A DNA stretch of 64,000 nucleotides. Origin: Emiliania huxleyi CCMP1516. Lineage: Eukaryota. Made by a program: the position numbers and the translations under genes. Positions 1 to 11,554 of this stretch are shown in pieces. Under the pieces are notes generated by a model. The model had not been told where the DNA came from, searched no databases, and saw only the letters and a program-made list of their open reading frames with translations. The stretch's first letter is position 1. Each line of letters begins with the position of its first letter. The stretch is taken from assembly GCF_000372725.1 (NCBI RefSeq), contig NW_005202428.1, positions 1,845,331 to 1,909,330 on the forward strand, read 5' to 3'.

Positions 1-533
1 GGCGGCGTTCCCGAACCATTCGTAGGCGCCGCGCGGCATTGCCAATGCTCCATCGACGCGGTGCAGGCGGCCCCAAGCCAAAGGGGTGGACACGTGCCGC
101 CAAGAACGCCTTCCTAATCCACTTTGGTGTGCGCACGGGCGGTACTCCAGTGGACGCCACTGCCGACGGCGCCGCCGCCGAACCGCCCGCCGCCGACCCT
201 CCCACCGAGGAGGTCGACGGAGCTGCAGACCCAGCGATGCAGTCCGAGGCCGCCGCTCCGGCGGCAGAGGCTGACGTCCCGATGGCGCAAGCGCTGAGCG
301 ATGCCGAGCTTTCATCAGATCACGAGCACGAGGAGCAGCCGCTGCTCCATGAGCAGCGGCTTGCGACAGTCAACCAGGAGCAGGCACGGCTTGAGGCGCT
401 GCGTTGGACCGAGGAAGAGGTGGCTTTGTGGGTGAGTTGGGGGGGTGTGAAGGAGGACTTGATCTAGGCTGGAGATTGCACGTGGAGCACTTGGAGGCGC
501 TAGAAGGAGTTCGAGGAGGAGCGTGCGGGCTAC

Positions 534-866
534 ATGGAGGAGACCTCGTGCGACGAGTCCGAGGACGAGGACGAGGACGAGGGCGACGGCGAGGCACCCG
601 CACCCGCACCCGCACCCGCACCCGCACATGCACATGCACCCGCGCAGCGTGCAGGGAAGCGTAAGGCTGCACCGCCTCGAGCACCGCCGACGCGCCCGCC
701 AGACAGCAGTGATGACGATGGCCCATCATTGCATGCGCCAGCACCGGCGCGGGCAGGGCGGGGGGCCAAGCCGGCAGCCAAGGGGTCCGCACGGCGCAAG
801 CCGCCAGCAGCCAAGCCAGCAGCCAAGGCAGTAGCGGCCATGTCGAAGCGTCAGCGACGGAAGTGA
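534..866 (+). CDS. Low-complexity acidic/Pro-Ala/basic ORF; probable 3' exon of a gene or transposon ORF starting upstream
   Basis: Acidic tract EDEDEDEG, (PA)n and a basic NLS-like end (SKRQRRK), followed by a (GT)n tract. No recognisable domain. Confidence 0.25.
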   Translation: MEETSCDESEDEDEDEGDGEAPAPAPAPAPAHAHAPAQRAGKRKAAPPRAPPTRPPDSSDDDGPSLHAPAPARAGRGAKPAAKGSARRKPPAAKPAAKAVAAMSKRQRRK

Positions 867-891
867 TCTGTACACACTGCATGAGTATGAA

Positions 892-893
<2 letters not shown>

Positions 894-961
<68 letters not shown>
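894..961. repeat. (GT)n microsatellite
   Basis: Direct reading: about 30 GT units grading into GTAT units. Confidence 0.95.
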
Positions 962-962
<1 letters not shown>

Positions 963-1228
963 CTATTGTACGAGATTTGTACATTGCGCTCTAGACGGGG
1001 GCTCTCGGGCTCTTGGGCAGCAGCTCACAGCCTATTTTTGGTCGGTTTTTGGCGCTAAAAAAATGCAAAATTTTCTTCGCGGGGCTCTGCCCCGCACCCC
1101 GCTGGGGCTGCCAGCCCCAGACCCCAGGCTGGGGCTCCGCCCCAGACCCCGAGTTAGGCGCTGTCGGCGGCCAGAGGCCGAGTTACGTCTGCAGGCAAAA
1201 GTCGCTCGCTGCCGTCTGAGCTCGAAAA

Positions 1229-4045
1229 AAATCGCCAGGTCATGCAAAATAAATCTGAGAAATATTCGCGGGCGTATCGTCGATGTCCCAAAGTCAGCGT
1301 TGCGGAGTTGCGAGAAGCGATGGGCGCCCCTCTAAACGCCCATAGCGCCACCGCCTCGCTCGCCCGAGCCGCTCCGACTGGAGGGCGCTGCGCTCGCCCG
1401 GCATCGAGCCGGTGCACCACCCGCCCCCAGACGCGGGTCCGGACCCCCCTCGTCGCCAGCGGCAGCCGCTGGCTCGACGACCAGCACCCTCTCGGCCGCC
1501 TCCTTGGCCCGGCCGCCGCTGTCGCGGCTGTCGGGCTCCGCGACAGCCGTCGACCACCGACCAGAGGTAGCTGTGCCGCTATGGATGCGGAGAGTGCAAA
1601 AATGCATACGCGCTTTTGCGACCCCGCAGCATGGTTTGATAAAAGCCACCGTTCTCGAGTCGGCGAACTCACCATTTTATTTTCGAGTTTAGGTCTCGTG
1701 ACGGCTATCTCGACCCTGCGCGCGCGATCTGAAGCTACGAGGCCTGGGTCGGGGCTATGAGTGGGCTACATGCCGCTTGCCGCGGCTCCTAGGTCGACGA
1801 AACGCTCGCGCTTCACCCTCCCCCCCTCTGACGATAGGTCGTCTGCGTCGTGCGCTCACCGGCAAGAATCTAACGGCGGGCGATGGCGGCGCGCGGCGAC
1901 GCTTCTGACTCAATGGAAGGTCGCCCACACACCCACCCTCACCACAACGCCGTAGGCGGGTCGAGGCTGCCCTCCACCCGCTCGCGTTTGCCTCCCCTAC
2001 CCGACCGGGTCGGCTCCCTCTAGATGGCGCCCGAGACACCTTCCCGGCTGCGTTTCTGCCCGCGACAGCGGCGCCTGAGCGCGTGGGCTGCAAGGCCCCT
2101 CGGGGAGGCCCGCGGGGCGGCGGGAGAGAGCTCTCCCGCGGTCGTGGCGCACCATTTCACCCGTAGACGCCTCTTTATAGTCGCCTTTTAGCACCTCCTC
2201 TCTACACGCCGCCGAGTAGACCCCGCCGCACCGCATCACCGCCCCCTTCCCTGCCCCGTCGCCCTCCTGAGCTCCCCCCCCTTCGCTCCAGTCACGCACA
2301 GGACGGCTGGGCCATCGGCCCGCGTGACAGGCGCCCGGGACGGCCGGGGAGCGGCTCCGTCATTTGAGCCCTCTCGGGCCACCCTCGGGCGCGTCCGCCG
2401 GCCGGCAGAGCACCGCTCAGGCGACTCAGACGGCCCGCCCGACCACCGCTTTCGATCGTGCCGCCCCCACGGCATCAGTGGCCGGCTGGGGGGGGCAGAC
2501 GGCGTCCGCGCACCCCTCGTGGGGGTGACCACCGCTCTCCTCTCACCTCTCCCCCCCCGCCCGTGGCACCCCACGCACGCGTCCCTCTCAGGGGCGCAAG
2601 GCGGCACGTTCAACGCTTGCCTCGGCCCACCTCGCCTTCACGCCCGCCGCCGCGACCAAGGAGGTGGCCTCGGCGGCCCAGACGAAGCCCGTGCGGCTCG
2701 TTTGGGAGCCGCGCGCCGTCCCTCTCTCGCCCGCGCTGCTCGCCACGCCGAAGCCCACGTCCCTCCGGCCGCAGGCGCCGCCGGGGAGTGACCAGCGCCC
2801 CTCCCGAGCACCTTCTCGGCGGGCAGCGCCTCCGTAGCGGCGCTGGCGGCCCCTGCGAGCCGGCCGGCGCCACGAGTGAGTATTCGAAGGCGCGCGCGTC
2901 CCCTCTCTCCCCGGCCCGCCGCGTCTCTCTGACCACCCCTCCCCCTCCCGGGTCAGGCGTGCATCGGGCGTACAAAATGGCCGCGGGGCGCACCTCCAGC
3001 GACGCTGTCTCTTTGGCCCGAGCGGTGGGTAACTCCCTGGCCGGGCTCAGGCCCTCTCGGGCTGCTGCGAGCTGCGCGATGCGCGTCCCCTCCGCCGCAC
3101 GGCCGTGCCCCTGCCCCTCACACTCCGACTCCGCCGCAGGACCGGTCTGGCGACCCGGAACGACCGCCTAGAGCAGCAGCATCGACCATCCCGACCCCGT
3201 GGCGGCCGGGGCGGGCCAGCCAGACGTGAGAGCACCCCTCCCCCCCTCTCGCGGCGCGTCCCCTCCTTCCTCCCCGCACCCCGCCACCCGGCTCGCAGCC
3301 CCGTCGCCGTCGTGAGTCAGCCCTCGGTCAGGTACTGCCAAAGGCGGCCGAAGCAACACCATCGCTACCAGCGCCACCGTGCCGGTGCTGGTGAGCTCTG
3401 CGGCCCGTGTAGCGGCCCCTTAGCCCGTCGCCCGGGCACATGGCGCCCTCACACCGCTCCTCGCCCCCGTCTCGCAGGCCAAAATCGTCGACATCGCGTC
3501 GGCACTCTCTACGGCGCGCCTGGGCTCGCAGAGGGCGGCCTGGGCGGTGCAGGGTGGCTGGGCTGCCCCCCTCGCGCGGTGCGCCAAGCCTCGGGGGTCG
3601 GGGAGACCATCTCGGGTCGCCGAGGGGGCGGGTCGGACGCCCGATCCGGCTGCTGGCCGGAGGACGTCGCCGGCTCCGCAATTTTGGGCGCCCCAGTCGC
3701 CTCCAGCCGGGCCGAGCGGCGCCAGCTGGTAGCTGGGGCCGCAGGGCGGTCGGGCCGACACCGTATGCTAGTCGGAGTGGGTTGTCTAGGGGTGTAAAGG
3801 TCGGTAGAGTGTCCGTTTGTGGCCTCCGGACGGGCTCTGGTCGGGAGCCCGCCGGGCCGGCTGAGGCTGTGTGTCCGTCCACTGTGGACCAAGTGATGGC
3901 CTAGGAGCCCTGCACGGACGGTGTTTATGCTATATAACACCTAGGGACCGCCTGGGGTGGGCGGCGAGCCGCGCATCGGCCGACAATGTGCCGGTGTACG
4001 CGTTTCGGTCACACTCAGGGCCCGTTTTGCATGACCTGGCGATTT
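1229..4045. mobile_element. Putative non-autonomous DNA transposon bounded by 21-bp inverted repeats
   Basis: AAATCGCCAGGTCATGCAAAA (1229-1249) is the exact reverse complement of 4025-4045. The interior has no recognisable host gene, and no clear TSD was seen. Confidence 0.5.
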
Positions 4046-4146
4046 ATCACTTTTTCGGACGTGGCCGCGCGGGGTTTCGCTATACACATCATACACGTGC
4101 ACATGCACACATGCGCGGGAAACACAAAAAAGAGGAATTTAAACAC

Positions 4147-4977
4147 TCAAGAAGACCTCGTGAAAGTCAACCGCGACTTGACGACCAGCAGCGGCACCGC
4201 GCCCGCTGGGTCGCCAAAGCCGCTGGCCAGGACGGCGATCTCGACGGCTTCAATTCGCGTGGCTGGCTGCGAAGGCCTTCCCGGCTCCCACTTGTATTTG
4301 GTCTGGACTCGCTGAGCGAGCACGCTGGGCGACGACTTTAGGTCGCCGGCGGAAGTCGCCGCTGTGTACCGTGCAAACTCCGAGACGCCATAGGCGCCGT
4401 CGTACGGCTCCTCGACCAGCCGTTTGATGATCTTGACCTCTCGGACACCGCCCAACCCGTCCGTGAGCGTGAGCACGTTTGGGCTCCCTGCCTCCCACTG
4501 AGCGACCGGCCTGGCAGAGCCCACCTGCGCGGCCGCTCTCTGCTCGGTGTTGAAGCCTCGGTCAGCTCTCACTCTGCCGGCGACGGGCCGCGTGGCGAGC
4601 GACGCGCTGCCCTCACTCTGCAGGATGACGCCGCCACTTCCCTCGGCATTCAAGAAGCGGGCGTCAAAGACGAGCGGAGCCGCCGCCGCGGCAGCGGTGC
4701 GGGCGGCTCTGAGCTGCGCTGCGGGCGCGCTCTCCTCTCCCTGCGGCGTCCTCACGTCGACAACTTGCACGACCACGCGCCATCGGCCTCGGAACGCCGC
4801 TGGGTACAGCGCGTCGGGCGGCCCGTAGCCTGGCAGCAGCGCCGCCGCCCTTTGCGCAGCCTCGGCCCCGCCCTCAAACTTGACCGCCGCATGTGCTCGG
4901 AGGCCGGCTGGAGTGGTGAGGAGTGGCAGTAGAAGGACGGACGATGCAGCGCGGCGTGTGAGGTCTGGGTGCAGCAT
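4147..4977 (-). CDS. DUF6816-like protein, probably plastid/thylakoid-targeted
   Basis: Single 276-aa ORF. TRR plus a hydrophobic stretch (Tat-like), with motifs LPGYGPPDxxYP..F.G.W and ADRGFN typical of this cyanobacterial/algal family. Confidence 0.6.
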   Translation of the reverse strand: MLHPDLTRRAASSVLLLPLLTTPAGLRAHAAVKFEGGAEAAQRAAALLPGYGPPDALYPAAFRGRWRVVVQVVDVRTPQGEESAPAAQLRAARTAAAAAAPLVFDARFLNAEGSGGVILQSEGSASLATRPVAGRVRADRGFNTEQRAAAQVGSARPVAQWEAGSPNVLTLTDGLGGVREVKIIKRLVEEPYDGAYGVSEFARYTAATSAGDLKSSPSVLAQRVQTKYKWEPGRPSQPATRIEAVEIAVLASGFGDPAGAVPLLVVKSRLTFTRSS

Positions 4978-5233
4978 ATCCGGATCCTACCCAGATAGGG
5001 GTTTGTGCGCCCTGACTCGCACCAAAACGCCGTACCTATCCAACCTATCGCACCCGCAGGGCCGCGCAGCCAAGCGAAAAAGATGACTCAAAACCGGACC
5101 AACCTACATCATAGGGTCTAACCGCGCGTAGCATAAAGAAAGAAACAAAGACCCGACCGACCCTACGCTCAGCGCACCTCACGCTGCTGCTCTCTTCGCC
5201 TCCGGCTGCGAGCAACCACGGCTGCGAGCAACC

Positions 5234-7029
5234 ATGGTCGTCGTCGCCGAGGCTCGGTCCATGCGTGTCGCCATCCAAGGCTCCGGCGTTGCTGCCGCCG
5301 CATGCGCCCGGCGGCTGCGAGCGACACACGACGTCACGGTTTTCGAGAGCGGTCGTGGGCCGGGCGGCAGGTGAGCCAGAGTAGGCGGGCACGCAGCGCG
5401 GCAGTGTGGCTGGAACGGGCGCCAGCGTTCAGCGCCTTGTTTTGACGCCACCGTCACTGGCCAGGATGTCGACGCGCCGTTCTGACGGATATCAGTGGGA
5501 CCATGGCGCCCAATACTTTTCGCCAAAGACGGACGCCTTCTCGGTCGCGGTCAGCGAGTGGGTCGAGCAGGGCTGGTGCGACGCGTGGGCCGGAGAGCAT
5601 TGCGTCTGGTCGTCGGAGGGAGGCGTCTCTCCCGACCCAAAGGCAGCTTCGGGCCGTACCGGCTCTTACACCCTTGGCCTGAACTTCTCTTTGTTCGTAG
5701 GCGGCGGCGGCTGTGCGGTACGTGGGCACGCCCGGGATGAATACCATCTGCAGGGCCTTGCTCGATGGCGTCGAAGCGAGGTACGAGACACGTGCTGTGG
5801 CGATGCGACGCGGCGGCGGCGGCGGCGCAGATCGAGGGTGGGTCCTTGAGCACGCAAAGAGTGGCAGCGCGCTTGGCGAGACCGACTCTCCTCGCCTGGG
5901 ACCGACGCATGGCCTCTTCCCTGAGACCCTGCTCCGACCCTCCCCGCAGGCGAGTACGACTTTCTCATCTGCACCGACAAGACGGTGGCGGCGGCATCTG
6001 CGCCTCGTCGCCTCTCCCGAGCCCTCCCCCAGCAGCCTTCTCGGAGCCGCTCCTCTAGGCGGCGGCGCAGCACCGAAAGGACCTCGATCGGGAGCTCCTC
6101 GACGACTTTGTGCAGCCGGCGATCACGGCGCCGTCCGTCCACTCCAACACGCTAACCCTTCCCAGAAGTTTTCCGGAGCCTACCTGCAGGCGCCGACGCC
6201 ACGATCCTTCGCCACGTTTGCCTCCCTCAGCCTTCTCCGAACATTCCTGCAGGCGAGCGCTGTGCCGTCGGTCCCCAGCTTGGCGCTGATGGTTGCAGTG
6301 GAGCAGACACGTTGCGGGTTCGACTCGCTCCTGCTCGAGGGCACCCCGACCGTCTCCTGGCTGCTGTGCATTCCCTGTGCTCTGTCCCTGCATCCTCTCG
6401 GACTGTCCCCATATAGGCCACCCGACATTCTCCTGGCTGGCGCGCGACTCCTCAAAGCCGGGCCGCCGCCAGGTACGCCGCCCAGCTAGCAACAGGGACA
6501 CACACGCCCTCGGCACGTGCCGCACCGCCGATCTCCGCTTGCCCGGCAGGGAGGCGGCGTGGAGTGCTGGGTGGCGCACGCCTCGCCCGACTGCGCCAAG
6601 CGGCTGCTCAAGTCGTCGAGGCGCCGCGGCGGTGGCGGGCCTCGAGGCGTCCGCGAGGAAGTCGCGCGCGGGGCGCTGTACACCTCTCACGAGGGGCCTT
6701 CATCTGAGCGTCTCTACTCAACCTTCCCACAGGCGGTCGTGCGGGAGCTGGTGCCGCCGCTGCAGCGACTGTTGAGCGAGCTGAGCGACGCTGTCGGTGC
6801 CGCTCCTCCAGAGGTGCTCGTCGCGGAGGGCCATCGGTGGGGCGCCGCCTTCCCCGCCTCCAGTTTCGCCGCAGCCGGAAGCGGCGAAGGCCGTTTCTAC
6901 CTCGATGAGCGAAACGCTTTTGCGGCTTGCGGCGACTACTTCTCACCCTTTCCCGGCCGTGTCGAGGGGGCTTGGATCAGCGGCACATTACTGGCTGACG
7001 CGCTCCTCGCCAGGCAAGCAACTTCATGA
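5234..7029 (+). CDS. Renalase-like FAD/NAD(P)-dependent oxidoreductase (multi-exon)
   Basis: RVAIQGSGVAA, VTVFESGRGPGGR|MSTRR, WDHGAQYF, RYVGTPGM, HRWGAAFP and ACGDY...VEGAWISG, joined across several introns. Confidence 0.85.
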
Positions 7030-7377
7030 ACTCTCACGAGTAGAGACCGTACAAAGATTATCAGTCTAGAAGGAGGCGCTCATACCAACGTGTCAGATGA
7101 TATACATAGACAAAACTCAAAAGGGCAAGGGGGGGGGGGGGGGGCGCATACGGCTTTACACCCAGATATACAGGCTTGTGGTTGTGCAGGTTGAGTGATA
7201 GTTCTTAGTTGTGGTGTGCCCCTCGAGGGACGTCTCACAACGATGCCCCCGCTTTTCTCACCCGCACACCTCGACCTCCGCTCTCAAGAGTTCGAATTAG
7301 GTTTTTTGGCCTTTTAGGAGGAGTTTCGACGAGTCGCCCCAATCAATTTCGCCTGGATCCATCCAGATTCCAGTGAC

Positions 7378-8637
7378 TCAGCTCTGTTGATCGAATTTCG
7401 AATGTGCCAGCACAGTGCCTCTCTGAGTCCGGCCGGACGCGTCCATCCCCTGTCCGACTTTTGGGCTCTGCGCGCCATCCACTGCATCGCCTTGCTTGTG
7501 GCAGAATGGCAGCACCCGTCGGGTCAGCACCGTGGCATCCAGCAGGACCTGCACCGCACGCCAGTTGCCCTGCCGCCGGCGTGCCGCTCCCACCCGCGGC
7601 GTCACACCGAAGCGATTCGTTGCCTCTGGATCGGCCCCTCTCGAGAGCAGCGCGAGGGTTGTGTCGACCCGCCCGCAGTGGGCGCTGCTGTGCAGTGGCG
7701 TGTCGCCGCAGTTGTTGCGCCCATGCAGGTCCGCGCCTGCGTCGAGCAGCCACGCAAGAGCAGAGGTGTGGCCCTCCTCGCAGACAAGGTGCATCGCAGT
7801 GGCGCCGTCGACGTCCCTCGCGTCAACATCCGCGCCGCGGCATTTGAGGCGAGCCAGGGCAGCTATGTCCCCGCGCTCCGCCGCCTCGCAAAACTCGCGC
7901 GACAGCAGATGTTGCCACGCCCCGCGCGCATGGGCGGCGCCCTCGGCAGCAGCCATGGGCTGAATCTTTTGCAGCAGCTGCACAATCGAGTCCAGGTACT
8001 TTAACGAGTCGTACTTTAGCCTGGCCCGCCGCGTGCAAGCACAGTTGAAGGCGAGGCGTGCGTATGCCTGCCGATCAACGGCGTCATCCAGAGGGGTGTA
8101 GCCGTCCTTGTCCTGCGCGTGCATATCGGCGCCCTGCGCCAGCAGCGAAGCGACCGCGTCGAGGCGGGCGTTGTAGCAGGCGATGTGGAGCGGAGTGACA
8201 TTGTGCATGGCCCGCGCATTGACGTCGCAGCCTCGCTTGGTCAAGTGCGCAAGCATGTCGGTGTCGCCGCGCAGCGCCGCGCAGTGGATCGCGGACCAGG
8301 GCGACTTCACCCGATCGGTGGCAACAGCCTCGGGGTCGGCCGACCGCTCCAGGAGAAGCTTTACGCCCTTGGTGTTGCCGGCTCGCGCCGCGTACAGCAG
8401 CGGAGTCAGTCCACACACTCTCTCCTCCAGATTGACGGAGGCATCCAGCAGCCGTTGGAGGTCTGAAGGCACGCCGCTGTGGTCTGGCAGTGCCTCAAAC
8501 ATCCCGTTCCACCCGGTGGGGTGCCCGTCCGTCCTCGCAACGGCCGCGTGAAGGCCTGCAGATGGCGGTCCGGCTGTGAGCCTGGGTTGTTGAGGGTGGC
8601 CCTTCACACATCCGCCCTCACGCGACTTGTGACGCAT
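7378..8637 (-). CDS. Ankyrin-repeat protein
   Basis: Repeated ankyrin motifs: GLTPLLYAA, TPLHIAC, GYTPLDDA, GATAMHLVC, GDTPLHSSA. Start codon uncertain. Confidence 0.85.
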   Translation of the reverse strand: MRHKSREGGCVKGHPQQPRLTAGPPSAGLHAAVARTDGHPTGWNGMFEALPDHSGVPSDLQRLLDASVNLEERVCGLTPLLYAARAGNTKGVKLLLERSADPEAVATDRVKSPWSAIHCAALRGDTDMLAHLTKRGCDVNARAMHNVTPLHIACYNARLDAVASLLAQGADMHAQDKDGYTPLDDAVDRQAYARLAFNCACTRRARLKYDSLKYLDSIVQLLQKIQPMAAAEGAAHARGAWQHLLSREFCEAAERGDIAALARLKCRGADVDARDVDGATAMHLVCEEGHTSALAWLLDAGADLHGRNNCGDTPLHSSAHCGRVDTTLALLSRGADPEATNRFGVTPRVGAARRRQGNWRAVQVLLDATVLTRRVLPFCHKQGDAVDGAQSPKVGQGMDASGRTQRGTVLAHSKFDQQS

Positions 8638-10460
8638 CTACCTACATGGCGCGCCGTCTGGTGGCGGTGCGTCGCTGTCGTCGGCGTAGAATGCCCGCGG
8701 TCCGCGTGCATCCTTGGCAGTGCGGGAGCGCAGCGGAATCCCGAGTGCGGAGAGCCTCTCTTCGGGCATACAGAGGTCGGGGGACCGGAAGGACTCGTAC
8801 GTCCTCTCCCGCTGGCGGCAACGCCCCAAAGAGCGGTGGTTGAGGCCGATTGCCTCAACTGTCAACCAGCGGGTTGACAGAGGTCAACCTTCAACCACGC
8901 GGAATGGCTGCTCACACACACCCCGCGCAAAGACTTCTGAAGGCAGTGAACATTCTCTGTGAATTCATGTCGTCTTCTTTAGATGCTGCATTTGACGCGC
9001 CCTTTTTACGAGTACTTGCTTTTGCTACACGTACACGTGCGTGGATGGGAGGGGTGTGATGCCAAGCCCAGACGAGGAGCGCTGACAAGCCATCGAAGGC
9101 CCTCTGTACATGGAAACAGCTTACCGCAGACATTACCGAACTCAAAACTGCTTACCAAAGGCAGATACGAGCTCAGCTCAGTGAGATCTAGCAGCACATA
9201 CCCTCAGTATCCAGAATAGTAAAGTCTGAACACTGACTGACTGACTGAAAAAGTCGGTCCGACCGCGCAGAGCGGTCTGGCTGTCTGCAGAGGCCAGAGC
9301 TTCCGTCCGGGCCCTGATAAATGTCGGAGGCATGTCGGCCCATGTTCGCGATTTTGATGGCGTTGCCCTCATTGCACGTGAAACAGACCGCGCCGGCCAC
9401 GCACCCTTGTTCCCGGAGGCCAACTCGAACAGGTTTGAGCAAAGGCCGCCTTCCATGCTCGATATGCAGCAGGAGCTTAGTTGACAGTGCTCGAAGGCCG
9501 CCCTGCTCTAAGGCCGCCCTGCTCTCGGCATTGCGTTGTTGACTGAGAGCACTGTCTGATCCAACCAGAAAGAGCCGTCGAAGAGCCGTCGAGCTACATG
9601 AGACCCAAGCAAGTCGTCGTGATGCACCAGAAAACGAAACTTAGCGCCAAAATTGAGATCTCAGGATCGACATTAATTTCTCGCGCCTACTTTCGCTGCT
9701 TGAGACTCGCCAAATAGATCCTGCGTCTATGACCGTGTGCAACGTCAAGTCGTGAACCGCGACAAGACCATCGCGCCAAGCGCGACTCTGTTGCTTTATG
9801 CGGCAGCATTCACCGTGACTCTTGCCGTGGATGCAGCGTGGATGGTGAGTGACCGCGGTTGCTTACGCAAAATACTACGCCGTGAGCTGAGCTTCACCAG
9901 CCGTTTCTCTTCCTTCCCTTGCCTTCTCTTGCCGTCCGTTCTCTGTGCGCATTCCACTGCATGCGGCATCACACGCGTCTCGTTCTGCCGGGCGCGCATC
10001 TGAACTCGTACCAGGTAGCCATCGCTTTGCTGAAAGATCAGGTGCCTGAACGGCGACAGTGAGCGTCTCCTATACTTATGGATTGCGCTCGCGGTCCGAG
10101 GAGCGCAAGAGCGCGCCGCAGGCGAAGCGATTTTTTGGCGGCAGGCTCTTCCAGTTTATCTGTGATCACGCTCGAGCCTGTGAATAGGCCCCGGAGGCCT
10201 CAACCCCCAACTAAAGGGTTGACGGGGGGGTCTCAACCGTCAACCAGATGGTTGAGGGGGGGCCTCAACCCTCAACCCCTCAACCACCCCTCTGGGTAGA
10301 CTCCTTGCACGTTAGAGCAAAATACAGGTACGTAGAGCTAAATACACTGGAAAAATCAAAACATATCAGCAGAGTCCTCCGACGGGAATGTAGAGAGCCA
10401 CGCGTCACACCAATCCTCGCTACCCAACGCGGCCAAAGGATATCCACCTCGAGAACCTCG

Positions 10461-10610
10461 AAGAAAGAAAGAAAACAGACAGGCCAAACGAGGGATGGGA
10501 CGAGGACAGGGTCCCCACCTGCACGAGCAGGATTTTGGAAGAACGATCAGGGGGACAGGTGGGGCTCTCCTGCTCCTGACAAGGGACACGACAGGCTCGC
10601 AGCGCGGTGC
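10461..10610 (+). repeat. Dispersed ~150-bp repeat with (AAAG)n end, copy 1
   Basis: Near-identical reverse complement at 48740-48893; partial third copy at ~24798-24839. Confidence 0.9.
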
Positions 10611-10722
10611 ACTACCTCGAGGAGAGCCACGTACGCCAAAAAGAATTCTTCACCTGGGCGCGGCGCGGCACACACACACAAACCGGGAGCAGCACCGGCA
10701 CACCACCGGAGCCGAAAAAGCG

Positions 10723-11412
10723 ATGCGCAAGCTCTCCGTCCTCTGCCTACACGGCTACTCGATGACCGGAGCGTTATTGCAGCAGAGCATGCGCCGAACG
10801 TGTGAGCGGCTGTCGCATCTCGCGCGCTTCCGCTTCGTCGATGGGCCGCACACGGTGGAGCCCAGCCCGCACCTACCGCTCGAGCTACCCGAGGGCACAC
10901 GTCCGCTAGGCTGGTGGAGGCCGGAACGACAGGATGACAGGTCGTGGCACTTTCACGGTGTCGACGACTCGCTCGCGCTGCTATCGCAGGCGGAGGCGTC
11001 AGAGGTTGAGGCGCATGGCCACGGCGTCGACGTGGTGCTTGGCTTCAGCCAGGGCTCCGCCCTCGCGCACCTCGCGACCGCGCTCCGGCAGCACCGCCCG
11101 AGCGCGTCTCCGTTGCCGTCCTTGCGCGGCGCGGTCTTCGTCGGCGGCTTTCCGTTTGCGCCGGCGTCTCCCGCCTTTGCTGAGGCGTCGCTACATCTCT
11201 CCATGCCAACGCTTCACGTCGCCGGTTCGCGCGACAAGATTGTACGGCCCGAGACGAGCGCGCGCCTGCTGCAGCTCTGCGCCGAGGACAACCGGACGTA
11301 CCACGAACACCAAGGTGGGCACGTCGTGCACTCTGGGAGTGCCTCGCTCGCGGTCTACGAGGACTGGTTCGCGCGGCAACACGTGGGCGCGAGCGGTCAA
11401 CTAGCACAATAA
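10723..11412 (+). CDS. FSH1/OVCA2-family serine hydrolase
   Basis: VLCLHGY, nucleophile motif LGFSQGS, PTLHVAGSRD (Asp) and HQGGHVV (His). Single exon. Confidence 0.9.
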   Translation: MRKLSVLCLHGYSMTGALLQQSMRRTCERLSHLARFRFVDGPHTVEPSPHLPLELPEGTRPLGWWRPERQDDRSWHFHGVDDSLALLSQAEASEVEAHGHGVDVVLGFSQGSALAHLATALRQHRPSASPLPSLRGAVFVGGFPFAPASPAFAEASLHLSMPTLHVAGSRDKIVRPETSARLLQLCAEDNRTYHEHQGGHVVHSGSASLAVYEDWFARQHVGASGQLAQ

Positions 11413-11554
11413 TAATGTGAGTGTACACTAGCTCTGATAGTACGCGAGCGAATAATACACGATCGCGCCATGTTTTTGGTCGACAACACGATCTCATCAA
11501 AGATCAATCTCTCCGGGAAACTCCGCTCTCTCCGGGCGCCTCTCTTGCTGTTGC

